Below, piece after piece: positions 29,408 to 39,132 of a stretch of DNA of 64,000 nucleotides; position 1 is the stretch's first letter, and each line of letters opens with the position of its first letter. Source of the DNA: an uncultured bacterium (GTDB lineage Bacteria > Verrucomicrobiota > Verrucomicrobiia > Limisphaerales > UBA8199); NCBI GenBank assembly GCA_963749495.1, contig CAVVMW010000022.1:448001-512000 (forward strand). The letters run 5' to 3'. The translations under genes were made by a program, and so were the position numbers. The notes beneath the pieces are model-generated. The model had not been told where the DNA came from and searched no databases. It saw only the letters and a program-made list of their open reading frames with translations.

Positions 29408-30340
29408 ATGGCATCAGTTTTGCAAATTGATCCCTGCGGTACGATTGTCGCCCGAATTGCAGGCTACGGAGGCTCAAATATACCGGTTCCCGCCCTGTCC
29501 AGGCTATTAGGAGTCAAACCCACCACGTTGAACGCCCGGTTCCGAAGGAAGCACATTCCGGTGTGCCTGATCGGAAGGACCAATTATCTGCCCTGCGATC
29601 AGGCTCTGCAGTTGGTCCAGTTGCACCGGTATGCCTTGATCGGATGGCTGACACTGCTGGACGCAAGCAGAATTACTGATGTCAAACCCGCGACTCTAAA
29701 AGCCAGGTGCGAGCAGGGGCGATTGGAGGGGCACATTGATTTAACCAAGCGGCTCAGATTGAACCCGGCTGAGGTTGAAAAACTCTGTTCGACGGCCTGC
29801 AGGGGAGAGGCGAAATTGAGACAGCCTCGATTGGGAGCCCGGGCTAAACTCCCGGTCAGAAAGAGCAAGGCCAGAACCGCCACGCCGGCTGAAATGAAAG
29901 AGGAAGCGCGGTTTTCAGAGGCCGAAGGCGCAACCGATACACCGGAACTTGCACATGCCCAAAGGACGCCCTTTGGACATGGCAGGTTTGCCTTGCCTCC
30001 GGCACCTGAACCGGAGATCGGAATCGTCAGGCCGGAGGACTATGGGCTCACCGGCATGGAAAGGGAACGTCAAACCGGCGGCCGACGACCTCACGGTTCA
30101 GAAGACGCACAGAAGAAGCCGGCTCGTTTGGTCTATGATCCGCTCAGGCCATTTTCGATCTCCGTTTGTTCTCCCGGGAGGGCGATAATATATGGCCACC
30201 ATGTTGGGACGATCCTCGGGCTCATTGATGACCCCTATAATCCGACGATCAAGGTTGCCTTTCCGAATCACGAGCACCCGGCGATGAGAGAGGTCTTGCT
30301 GGTAGTCGAAAAGAAAAGGAACTCCGAGTTCTCCGCTTGA
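29408..30340 (+). CDS. Hypothetical protein with two tandem MerR/excisionase-like HTH repeats
   Basis: IPVPALSRLLGVKPTTLNARFRR and LTLLDASRITDVKPATLKARCEQG are internally similar. Confidence 0.65.
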   Translation: MASVLQIDPCGTIVARIAGYGGSNIPVPALSRLLGVKPTTLNARFRRKHIPVCLIGRTNYLPCDQALQLVQLHRYALIGWLTLLDASRITDVKPATLKARCEQGRLEGHIDLTKRLRLNPAEVEKLCSTACRGEAKLRQPRLGARAKLPVRKSKARTATPAEMKEEARFSEAEGATDTPELAHAQRTPFGHGRFALPPAPEPEIGIVRPEDYGLTGMERERQTGGRRPHGSEDAQKKPARLVYDPLRPFSISVCSPGRAIIYGHHVGTILGLIDDPYNPTIKVAFPNHEHPAMREVLLVVEKKRNSEFSA

Positions 30341-30692
30341 CCCTCGGGGCATCTTCGATCATCCACCACTCCTCTGCTGGTTCCTGGGTGTGCTGCGTTG
30401 CTGATACGCCTGCCCATTTCAGGGGTTGGGTCCGAGCGGTGGACACGACTAATTCCTCAAGTCCTTGCGCATTCCTGCCGATAATGACTGTGGACACAAC
30501 TTTAGCTCAGCAAAAAGGTGAGAGTGTGAATGGCATAACCGGCATATCACCGGAAAAGTCCTGGTCATTGCGGGCGGCATGGAAGGCCGCTGGCTCTGGC
30601 AGCCGGAAGGAATCGACCCCGCCGCCGCCCTTTGCTGACGCCCAAGGTGCCTGCTTGCCAAAGTCGCAGATTTCCCACATTACGGCCGCACT

Positions 30693-31505
30693 ATGAAAAA
30701 GCGAATTGGGGTAGTCATTTTAGTTCTCATTTGCCTTTGCCTCTGCATTGTGTTGATCGCGGTCAAAGAGGAGGCTGTCCAGACGCCGCTGCCCCGCGCA
30801 GGTGAGATCAACAGCCTTTCCAATAACCTGGTGTTGACCAGGAGCAAACTCGCCAAAGAGGTCCAGCGAAGCACCACCTTCGAGAAGGATCTCGCAGAGT
30901 CAAAAAGGGCCTATTCCGACCTGACCAACACGTTCACCCAAGTCTGCGCCAATCTCTCCCAGGCGAGCACCGACCTGGCAAAAACCGAGGCCGCTCTCAA
31001 GGCCAAGGAGGAAGAAGTCAAGGAACGCGACGCCAAGATTACCGAGCTAGAGGACCAGAACCAGACCCTCGACAACCGCGCGCTTGAACTTGGCGCCTCG
31101 ATTACCAACCTTACGGTTCAAATCGAAGACACCAAAAGGAGACTCGCAGCCTCGGAAGGAGACAAGGCGATCCTGGAAACCAATCTCAAGCGCCTGATAG
31201 CGGAGAGAGCCGAACTGGAGCGTCAATTCAACGATATCACTATTCTTCGCAAACAGGTGGCCAAGTTGAACCAAGAGATCAGAATTGCCCGCCGGCACGA
31301 CTGGATTCGGCGTGGCCTTGTCGCCAGCGGTGAACAAAGAGGCGCCCAGAAACTCATCGAAGGCATCAAGCCGCTACGGTTACTGGCCTTGACCCCCAAA
31401 CCGAAATACGACCTCAACGTCGAGGTCACTTCCGATGGCGGGGCCAAAGTCATTCCGCCTCCCAACGCCAAACAGGCGCCGGCCACCAATTCCCCTCCGA
31501 AGTAA
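30693..31505 (+). CDS. Membrane-anchored coiled-coil protein
   Basis: N-terminal TM helix followed by long heptad repeats. Confidence 0.8.
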   Translation: MKKRIGVVILVLICLCLCIVLIAVKEEAVQTPLPRAGEINSLSNNLVLTRSKLAKEVQRSTTFEKDLAESKRAYSDLTNTFTQVCANLSQASTDLAKTEAALKAKEEEVKERDAKITELEDQNQTLDNRALELGASITNLTVQIEDTKRRLAASEGDKAILETNLKRLIAERAELERQFNDITILRKQVAKLNQEIRIARRHDWIRRGLVASGEQRGAQKLIEGIKPLRLLALTPKPKYDLNVEVTSDGGAKVIPPPNAKQAPATNSPPK

Positions 31506-31985
31506 GCCAGCCGCGCAGCGTTATGAAAGAGCGGGGCGTCCCAAAAGCAACCTCCTGCCCTTGGTGAAAAGCTGAAATTAGGCAGTTTAGGTGTGCTTCC
31601 TTAGCGTGTGGTGTGCCACGGGCCGCCCGGCGTGGCTGGCGCTCTGGAGCGCCAACTCCAGGCGGACACCCCCGAAAAACCCGCAACTGCCTTGCCAGCA
31701 ACAACCACCCTTTGGCAATTCTGCCTGGCACGGGCTGGAAGATGGTCAACCATACTATTTCCAGAGGCCAATTCAAGCCTCTCGTCCACGTTGCAAAGTG
31801 CATGGTTTGGAGGCGGCGGTCGTGCGAGTTGCAATGCCCTTATATCCCTCAACACTCACCAAGGGCGAGGCGAAAACGTCTTAATGAGCTTGGACTGAAG
31901 AGCTTAGAGCGCCGGGCGTCAGATTGGCGCGGCATCAGCTATAGGAGAAAGGTAACTGTTCAGGTCGCAGTGGAAAGTGCCGTTC

Positions 31986-32060
31986 CATAGGAGCGCGGAC
32001 GCCTCGTCCGCGCGGCTCTGCCCGCAAAAGACGCGCGGACGGGGCGTCCGCGCTCCTATG
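31986..32060. repeat. REP-like hairpin TAGGAGCGCGGACG...CGTCCGCGCTCCTA
   Basis: Nested inverted repeat visible. Confidence 0.8.
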
Positions 32061-32529
32061 CGCGACCTGAACAGTTACGCAGAAAGAAGAACAGGCGAAA
32101 ACAAGCACATCAACGGTGTAATGGCAAATCGCAAGCAGTTGATCGAACGCATTTCTGCCTTTATGAAACCCAATACCATCTTCCAGCACCAAGACCAAAA
32201 GCCGGCCAGTGCATCAAGGCCAACTCCAGTTGTTGCGGACTTAAACCAAGGGGCGAGTGATTTTGTGCCGTCACCAGATGAAGTTGCCAGAGGTGTCAAC
32301 CAATTGAGATGGGAACGAGCATTCTCTGACCCGAATGACATTGACCTCGTGCGGACTGTTTGACAGTGTTCTTTTGGGCTGGCCGCGCGGACAGGATATT
32401 CACCCAGGGCCGGCGTGTTCACTTTCTGTCCGAGGAGCTTCTGGCCGAGCTTCTGGACCAGTTGTTTACGCCGAGGGTTTGATGGAGTCAATTTGCTGTG
32501 GCCTAAAAGGCTGCTGAAAGGGTTACGCA

Positions 32530-33162
32530 ATGAATGCCAACGCATGGGTCGGTGAAATGAGTGCTCCTCTGGCTGTCGCACTGGGGCTCCTCACATGTTT
32601 TCTCGGATATCGCCTTCTTAAGTTCACCTTGGGCATTATGGGGTTCGTTGCTGGCGCGAGTGGAGGATGGGCCGTCGGGTTGTCCTTGGAGCCGGGCAAC
32701 AACGGGATCGCGCTCGTGTGTGCCGTCATCGGGGCGGCCATTGGTGCCGTCCTCTATATTTGGCTATTTTATCTCGGCATCTTCCTGTTGGGCGCGAGTG
32801 CTGGAGCGGTCGTGGCTGCTGCCCTCTTCAATGCGGCCGGGAACCAACCACAACCAATTCCCGTTCTCGCCACTGCCATCGTTTTCGGAGTGCTCGCGCT
32901 CGTGGCCCGCAAGTTCATGATTATCACGTCAACGGCCTTCGCTGGCTCTTACCTCGTAACGGCAGGCCTATTTCACTTGGCCGCCGGCCTTCAAAATCAT
33001 TCTCCGCTGTGGTTTAATCATGCTCAACCAGGTTCGGCCGGGAGTTGGGGTTATGTCGCGTTGGTTTTCTGGCTCATTCTTGGGCTGGCTGGCGTGAGTT
33101 TCCAAAATCGAGCACATCGAACAAAGGATCAGGCCACTCGTGACAAAGCGGAAGCTGCTTGA
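32530..33162 (+). CDS. DUF4203 (TM7S3/TM198-like) membrane protein
   Basis: GLL.CFLGYRL...GF..G...IITSTAF.GS; about 7 TM segments. Confidence 0.85.
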   Translation: MNANAWVGEMSAPLAVALGLLTCFLGYRLLKFTLGIMGFVAGASGGWAVGLSLEPGNNGIALVCAVIGAAIGAVLYIWLFYLGIFLLGASAGAVVAAALFNAAGNQPQPIPVLATAIVFGVLALVARKFMIITSTAFAGSYLVTAGLFHLAAGLQNHSPLWFNHAQPGSAGSWGYVALVFWLILGLAGVSFQNRAHRTKDQATRDKAEAA

Positions 33163-33163
33163 A

Positions 33164-33652
33164 ATGGACCTGCCTGAAGCCAAAGGCACCTACATCCTGA
33201 TCGCCCAAGTGCTGCAGATGAAACGCCTGGACATCGGCAGCCTGGGCGAATGCGACATCATTCCAGGGTTTTACGCTTACGTGGGCAGTGCATTCGGTTG
33301 CGGGGGCATTCGCAGTCGTATCCACCATCACCTGGAATCAGCCGCCGAACCGCACTGGCACATCGATTATTTGCTCCAGGTTGCCGCTCCGATTGAGGTT
33401 TGGTACGCCACTGCCGGCAGGAAACTGGAACATCACTGGGCAGACCTGATGGACAATGCTCCCGGATTCCGCGTGACGATTCCCCGGTTTGGCTCCTCTG
33501 ACTATCACAGGAGCCGGACCAGTCACCTGTTCTTTTCCAAGGGCCGGCCTTCATTTGGCTGGTTTGAACAGCGGATCATGCAGAGCTTTGAAGGCGTGGA
33601 AGTGGAGCGGCATCAGATCCCGAGCGGCACTTCCACGGGTTTGGAGGCTTGA
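33164..33652 (+). CDS. GIY-YIG/Uri superfamily nuclease (DUF123)
   Basis: KGTYIL, YAYVGSAFG.GG...RI.HH, HWHIDYL, FGSSD...SHLF. Confidence 0.88.
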   Translation: MDLPEAKGTYILIAQVLQMKRLDIGSLGECDIIPGFYAYVGSAFGCGGIRSRIHHHLESAAEPHWHIDYLLQVAAPIEVWYATAGRKLEHHWADLMDNAPGFRVTIPRFGSSDYHRSRTSHLFFSKGRPSFGWFEQRIMQSFEGVEVERHQIPSGTSTGLEA

Positions 33653-33850
33653 CATTTCGTAAACGAGCGCATTCAACTCCCTCCAAAGCCCGTCAGCAGG
33701 CAGTACTCCCGTCCGACGGTGACCATCGGCGCCACTGGCGCGCTGATCTGCGAGCGGCTGGGATTGAAGACAGGTTACCTCTGAAACTGCCTGAGTGATG
33801 CGGCTCAAGGCGAGCTGCCCAAACATGAGGTTTTCTCGAAACCGTTCAAA

Positions 33851-34225
33851 GTGGAGCCGGTTTACGAGATGTGGGAAACACCAGCGAGCTACCGGCGCTA
33901 TCCGGGAGGCGGCAGCCTGCCGCACACGCTCAAGGTCTGGCGAGTGCAGCAGATGCGCGACAAACAGTCCAATATAGTCCCGACGTATGGGGCTGTCGCA
34001 CCACCCTGGAAGCCAAGCGAAGCACCCGATACGGAAATCCTGGCGGCCGGCTATAACACCGGCAAGATGAACGGCGCCGTGGCTGTTGGGCGTCAGGCCA
34101 ACTTCCTCCAGTGGGGTTTTTCAGCCCCGCCCTCCAAGATGACCGACGCAGGACGCAATTTCTTTCTGAACTCCGTCTGCTACATCGCCAAGTTCCACGG
34201 CAAGACACCCGGCTCTGGAAGGTGA
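33851..34225 (+). pseudogene. C-terminal fragment of an uncharacterised protein (homologue of 1196-1495)
   Basis: Same alignment as the 1196-1495 fragment; no convincing N-terminus. Confidence 0.5.
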
Positions 34226-34229
34226 TGGT

Positions 34230-34459
34230 CGAGGCAGAGGGAATCGGGTGGCGTAGCTGAGGAGGACGATCAGCAGCGGGAATATGAGGCCGAACGCCAG
34301 CATGAAGACCTGATTGGCGGAACGGCTCATCCATCCATTTGGCTCACCGTGGGCGCTGAAATGGGTCGCCACACTCTCGGGCAACTGTGAAGGAGCCCAA
34401 GCCCAGAACCGCAGGAAGCCGGCGTAGAGGAGGGCCAGGATTATTGACGGGGTACGCAG
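34230..34459 (-). pseudogene. Truncated DUF1648 membrane protein
   Basis: QLPESVATHFSAHGEPNGWMSR motif between TM helices; start codon and C-terminal half missing. Confidence 0.7.
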
Positions 34460-34641
34460 TCACAGATTGCCCATGTGCCGGTTGATTGTGGTGTATGAGA
34501 GCTGATCCTGCACCATTGCCAGCAAGAACGGGCGCATGGTCTGGACGATCTCCTTGCCGAGACGGATGTCCGAATCAATCGAGTTCCTGGTGTCACGGCG
34601 AAAACGCCCCTCAGAGAGGTGGGGTTGGCAGACCTGAATTG

Positions 34642-35331
34642 TCAGGCCCGGCGCGAAAAGCGTCGAGGGTGAACGACATCAATGATCCCGCTCTGGCTCT
34701 TGATTAGGCTGGCCCGAATGGCCTCAGCTTGAATGTCGTACTTTGGGCTCAAGAACAAAAGCATGTTTTGCGCGTACCACCAGGCGACTTTCGGATTGTT
34801 CCAGATCCGGGGCCGGATGCAATCGCTTGCCCTGAAACCGTGGCGCTGGAACAGCCGGATCCAGTAACTTTGCCATTGTTCGTTGATGTGGTTTGTCCCG
34901 CCTTGACCCGGAACCGCCGCTGAGAAGACGACGGCGGGCGCCAGCGAAATCAGCGAATTCACGAGGCTCCTCGCGCACTTGGGCGGAAGATGCTCCGCAA
35001 CCTCCAGGCAAAGGCAGAGGTCGAATCGCCGGCCGAGCTTGAGCGGTGTCGTCAAATCTCGAACCCCAAATCGGCTTCGGGGTACTCGCAAGGCCGCTGG
35101 ATCAATGTAGCTTCCATCTATCCCCTGCACGTCCAGGACTCCATTGTCCATGAATACACGAAGCCAACGGCCGGTTCCGCAGCCAACGTCCACGACGCTC
35201 CGGCATCGGGTCATGGCCATGAGAGCCGGGACGATTTCGAGAGCCGACCTGCTGGAAGAATCATCGAGCCTGGAGAAAAACTCCTCGCCGTATGGAGCTT
35301 TACGGGAACCTGGATTCATGCAACAGGCCAC
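34642..35331 (-). CDS. Class I SAM-dependent methyltransferase (type common in glycan loci)
   Basis: SVVDVGCGTG.WL, DL..P, FDL.LCLEVAEHL, FSAA.PGQGG..HINEQ. Confidence 0.9.
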   Translation of the reverse strand: MACCMNPGSRKAPYGEEFFSRLDDSSSRSALEIVPALMAMTRCRSVVDVGCGTGRWLRVFMDNGVLDVQGIDGSYIDPAALRVPRSRFGVRDLTTPLKLGRRFDLCLCLEVAEHLPPKCARSLVNSLISLAPAVVFSAAVPGQGGTNHINEQWQSYWIRLFQRHGFRASDCIRPRIWNNPKVAWWYAQNMLLFLSPKYDIQAEAIRASLIKSQSGIIDVVHPRRFSRRA

Positions 35332-35555
35332 GTGCTCATCAAATCACGACCATAATGCGACTGGCACCGGAGAGTCAAGCAGGATTCAGGTTTACCCAGG
35401 GCCTGACCCGGGGCTGCTTTCATCCAGTGCCCCGAACCGGGCACGAGGTCCTCAAGTGGCTTCCACCTTTATGTACGTCCCCCAAAGGCCCGATCTTGCG
35501 GGAGAAGGAGTTCGGGTTGAGCCATGGCGGATTAGTTTGATGTCCTTTCCAGACA

Positions 35556-38500
35556 TCACTTCCCGCTCTTCAGGTGCTCGCTGGCGCGGGCCAATCGCTC
35601 GCGCAATGCGAGATCCTGGGGGCGGATCGCCAGGAGTTGTTTCAGGTGGAAGGTCGCCGCGGACCACTGAAGCTCGAGTTCACTCTCTTGGGCCTCAAAC
35701 TCATGCCATGCTGCAATTTCGCTGGTAGTCGTCGTGAAGTCAGCAGGATATGCCGTCCGTAGCCCTCGCCAGAGCGCCTCAAGCGATGCCACGGGCGTTG
35801 AATTCAACTCATTATGAGCGGTAAGCGTCTCGCCGCCCAGCAGCCGGCCCAGTTTCGCGAGGTCCTCCACCGGTCTGTTGTCCACTGGCAACCGCCAAAT
35901 CCAAGCATCGCCTCGCCTGTTCGAGGTGACTATCCGACGCCCATCGGCCAGGAACCTCGCGCTGACGAGTGCGGCGGTGTGCCGCATGGGAGGGGTCAAC
36001 GGGTCGCCGGTTTCTGCGCTCCAAACCCGCGCCGTCTTGTCTGCACTGGCGGTCAGAATCCATTTGCCATCCGCGCTAAAAACTGCCGTCTGCACTTGAG
36101 CTTCATGCCGCAGTGCAGGAGCGACGTGCCGGCCGGTGACGGCGTCCCATATCACGGCTGTGAAATCCTCGCTGGCAGTAACGACTCGACTGCCGTCCGG
36201 GCTGAAAGACACGAAGAGAACGCCATCGCCGTGCTGGAGTTTCTTGCCGATAGGTTTGCCGCTGCCCGCATCCCAAACCTGGGCAAAGCACTTGGTGAAC
36301 AGCGGGTCGCTGCAGCACGTGACAAGCCGCGATCCGTCCGGGCTGAATTCGGCGTACTGGGCTGGCGCGGGGTGTTGCAGCGGAGCCAGAACCGGGCGGC
36401 CGCTGGCCAGGTCCCACACATGCACTTGGGCGCCACTACTGACCGCGATACGGTCGCCGTCATGGCTAAATCCAACCGAGGTAACGGGTGCTTCGTGGAG
36501 CAACGGCGGGCAGAGCCGGGTACCCGTTGAGGTGCTCCATGATTGCACAAGCTTGTCTCCGAACGTTATCAGGTGTCGGCCGTCATCACTCATTAAGATT
36601 CCGGTCGGCGAATTGGACAACATAATACCTGGCCCAACGGTTCGGCCGGCGGCAATCTCCCATACCTGCAACAGCCGGGTTGTTTCCATCAACCCGGCGC
36701 CCGGGATGGAGATGCTCGCAACAAAGTGGCCGTTGCGGTTCATCTGTGCTCTCTCCAGAGGCTTGCCCAGGCCGAGCCTGGAGCTGAGCGCCTTGCCGGA
36801 GGTCGAATCCTTAACTTGAAAGCTGTTGCTGTCCACCATCATCAACCGGTTGCCGTCCTGGTCGACCGAGAATCGCGCTGGCAGAACCGGAACAGTGCTC
36901 CCGGCCAGGTCCCAGATTCGCACAGAGCCATCAGTGCAAGTCGTGAGTATTCGCCGGCCGTCGTGACTGAAGCACGCATGGGTTAGCCGCTCGCCATGCC
37001 TCAGGATGGGGTTGGAGCCCAGCGGTTGCAGATCGTTTGCACGCCAAAGGCGCGCGGTCCCATCCAGACTGGCCGTCAGGATAAGACGGCCGTCTGGACT
37101 GAACTCCACGCTCTGCACCCCATCGCCGTGATTCAGATCAGGCAAGATCCGCTTGCCAGTCGCCACCTCCCAGAGTCGTGCCTTGCGATCGAGGCATGCG
37201 GTGGCAAGCGTTTGGCCGTCCGGGCTGAAAGCGGCACAAGTCACCCAACTTCCATGTGGCAACGCAGGGCCCTCACGGCGACCGTCCAGCGCATTCCACA
37301 GGCGCACGGTTTTGTCGTAGCTGGTGGTGACGATGTGCCGGCCATCAGGGCTGAAAGAAGCAAATCGCACTGCATCATTATGTCCCTTGAGCATCAGGAC
37401 CATCTGGCCGGTCTGCACGTCCCAAATTCGCGCCACTTTGTCCATGCAGGAACTGACTAGCCGAAGTCCGTCAGGGCTGAACGTCGCAGAGAAGACTAGG
37501 GCGGGGTGCGGGAGATGGTGGACTTCCTCGAGACTGGCGATATCCCAAATACAGACGCTTCCACTCTGATTCGCAGTTGCCACGAAACGGCCAGTGGGGC
37601 TAAAAGCAGCGCTGAACAACCCGTCCTGGTGGCCGAATGGATGAGAATACAATTCATCGCTCCGGAAGTCATAGATCTCAGCTTTGCCGCACAATCGAGC
37701 GATGATCATCGTTTGATCATCCGGGCTGAATTCACCGTCATCCACCTCCGCACCGAATGAGTGAATCGCCGTTAGCTTTGGGCATTGGGCCAGAGCAGAA
37801 CCGAAGCGCAGGCGATGCATTACCCCCCGTTCCGAGGTCCTCCCATCCACCCGCAATGCCTCCACGAAATAGGGCAATGCCCCAAGCAGGTCTCCCGATT
37901 GCACGGCCTGGTTGCCGTACGCGACGCTCGCACCCACCTGGCGTTGGCGTGTATCCTTGGCCCGCTCCCACTCGCGATAAACCTGGTAAAGGACTGCCCC
38001 CAGGACCGCGACTATCAGGAATGCGCTTGCACCCACGCGTTTCAGCGTCTTCAACTGCCGCTCGAGTAGCCTCAGGCGCCTGACGGACTTTCCGTTTTCC
38101 AGGACCACCATGTCGGCGTGCATCTCCGAGGCCGACTGATACCGTCTGCCTGGTTCATTCATGCACGCCCGGAGGATCACCTCGTTGAGTTCCCTCAAGC
38201 CCTCGTGTTCCGGCGACTTGTCCCAGAGTGTCGGCAGTTCGGGAAACTCTTGCCGATCCTTTCCTGTGCTGGCCTCATAGAGCACCTTGCCCAAGCTATA
38301 GATATCGGCCTGCGGTGTCCCAGGACCTTCAGGAGGAATGAATCCTTCGGTTCCGACAAAAGAGTGGGCCTCTTTCACTTGGGCCACAAGGCCGATGTCC
38401 GCCAGCTTCGGCACGCCATTAACGAAAATGATGTTCGACGGCTTCACGTCGCGGTGCACCAAACCATGTTTGTGTAAATCCGACAGGGCGTCGCTCAGCG

Positions 38501-38924
38501 CGAGCCCTAGTTTCAGACAATCGCGGAACGGCAGGCCCTTTTTCGGCGAGATTACTTTGGCGAGGGTCCTCGGTGAATACTGCTCGGGGTCAATGTCCTG
38601 TCCGGACGCCTGGTCGTCGCCCAACTCCATGACATAATAAAAATATCCCTCCTCCTCGTTGATTCCCACGTGCAGCACATCAACAAAACCTTCATGGAGA
38701 CGCGAGATCGGCTCAAAGCTCCGGATGCCGGATACTTCGCGTTCGAACGGGCGCGTATCCTGAAAAGCCTTCCGATAGACGATCTTCACGGCCCGATACA
38801 CTCCCATCATGTTCCGAGCCAGCCAAACGTCCCCATAACTGCCCTGGCCAATTCGCTTGAGCAGTTGGTGGTCGGGAACTAAAGGCGACTGGGGAGGCTC
38901 AACGTGCTCAGTGCTGGCGCTCAT
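35556..38924 (-). CDS. Hanks-type Ser/Thr kinase with TM helix and WD40 repeats
   Basis: IGQGSYGDVW, AVK, HRDVKPSN, KLADIGL, GTEGFIPPE; many FSPDG..TAS.D..AR.WD repeats. Confidence 0.95.
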   Translation of the reverse strand: MSASTEHVEPPQSPLVPDHQLLKRIGQGSYGDVWLARNMMGVYRAVKIVYRKAFQDTRPFEREVSGIRSFEPISRLHEGFVDVLHVGINEEEGYFYYVMELGDDQASGQDIDPEQYSPRTLAKVISPKKGLPFRDCLKLGLALSDALSDLHKHGLVHRDVKPSNIIFVNGVPKLADIGLVAQVKEAHSFVGTEGFIPPEGPGTPQADIYSLGKVLYEASTGKDRQEFPELPTLWDKSPEHEGLRELNEVILRACMNEPGRRYQSASEMHADMVVLENGKSVRRLRLLERQLKTLKRVGASAFLIVAVLGAVLYQVYREWERAKDTRQRQVGASVAYGNQAVQSGDLLGALPYFVEALRVDGRTSERGVMHRLRFGSALAQCPKLTAIHSFGAEVDDGEFSPDDQTMIIARLCGKAEIYDFRSDELYSHPFGHQDGLFSAAFSPTGRFVATANQSGSVCIWDIASLEEVHHLPHPALVFSATFSPDGLRLVSSCMDKVARIWDVQTGQMVLMLKGHNDAVRFASFSPDGRHIVTTSYDKTVRLWNALDGRREGPALPHGSWVTCAAFSPDGQTLATACLDRKARLWEVATGKRILPDLNHGDGVQSVEFSPDGRLILTASLDGTARLWRANDLQPLGSNPILRHGERLTHACFSHDGRRILTTCTDGSVRIWDLAGSTVPVLPARFSVDQDGNRLMMVDSNSFQVKDSTSGKALSSRLGLGKPLERAQMNRNGHFVASISIPGAGLMETTRLLQVWEIAAGRTVGPGIMLSNSPTGILMSDDGRHLITFGDKLVQSWSTSTGTRLCPPLLHEAPVTSVGFSHDGDRIAVSSGAQVHVWDLASGRPVLAPLQHPAPAQYAEFSPDGSRLVTCCSDPLFTKCFAQVWDAGSGKPIGKKLQHGDGVLFVSFSPDGSRVVTASEDFTAVIWDAVTGRHVAPALRHEAQVQTAVFSADGKWILTASADKTARVWSAETGDPLTPPMRHTAALVSARFLADGRRIVTSNRRGDAWIWRLPVDNRPVEDLAKLGRLLGGETLTAHNELNSTPVASLEALWRGLRTAYPADFTTTTSEIAAWHEFEAQESELELQWSAATFHLKQLLAIRPQDLALRERLARASEHLKSGK

Positions 38925-39132
38925 GCGGGTTGGCGTGGGCTGCGGTTCATAAACGGGCGTTCATTGGTCGGTTCCGAACAACACTGGATCGAGGTGGATT
39001 AAAGCCCACGAAAGGAATCCGTGCAACTCATTTTCCGCGCCTGCTTTCCACGCCCGATCCCGACCCCTGCCCGGCAGTGCACACCCCACCGACCCAACCC
39101 GTGGACGAACGGCTGCCCGACATGCTGCAGGC

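Noticed and set aside
32120..32363. DUF2934-like small protein
   Set aside because: Only a short FVPSPDEVAR resemblance before divergence; too weak to call
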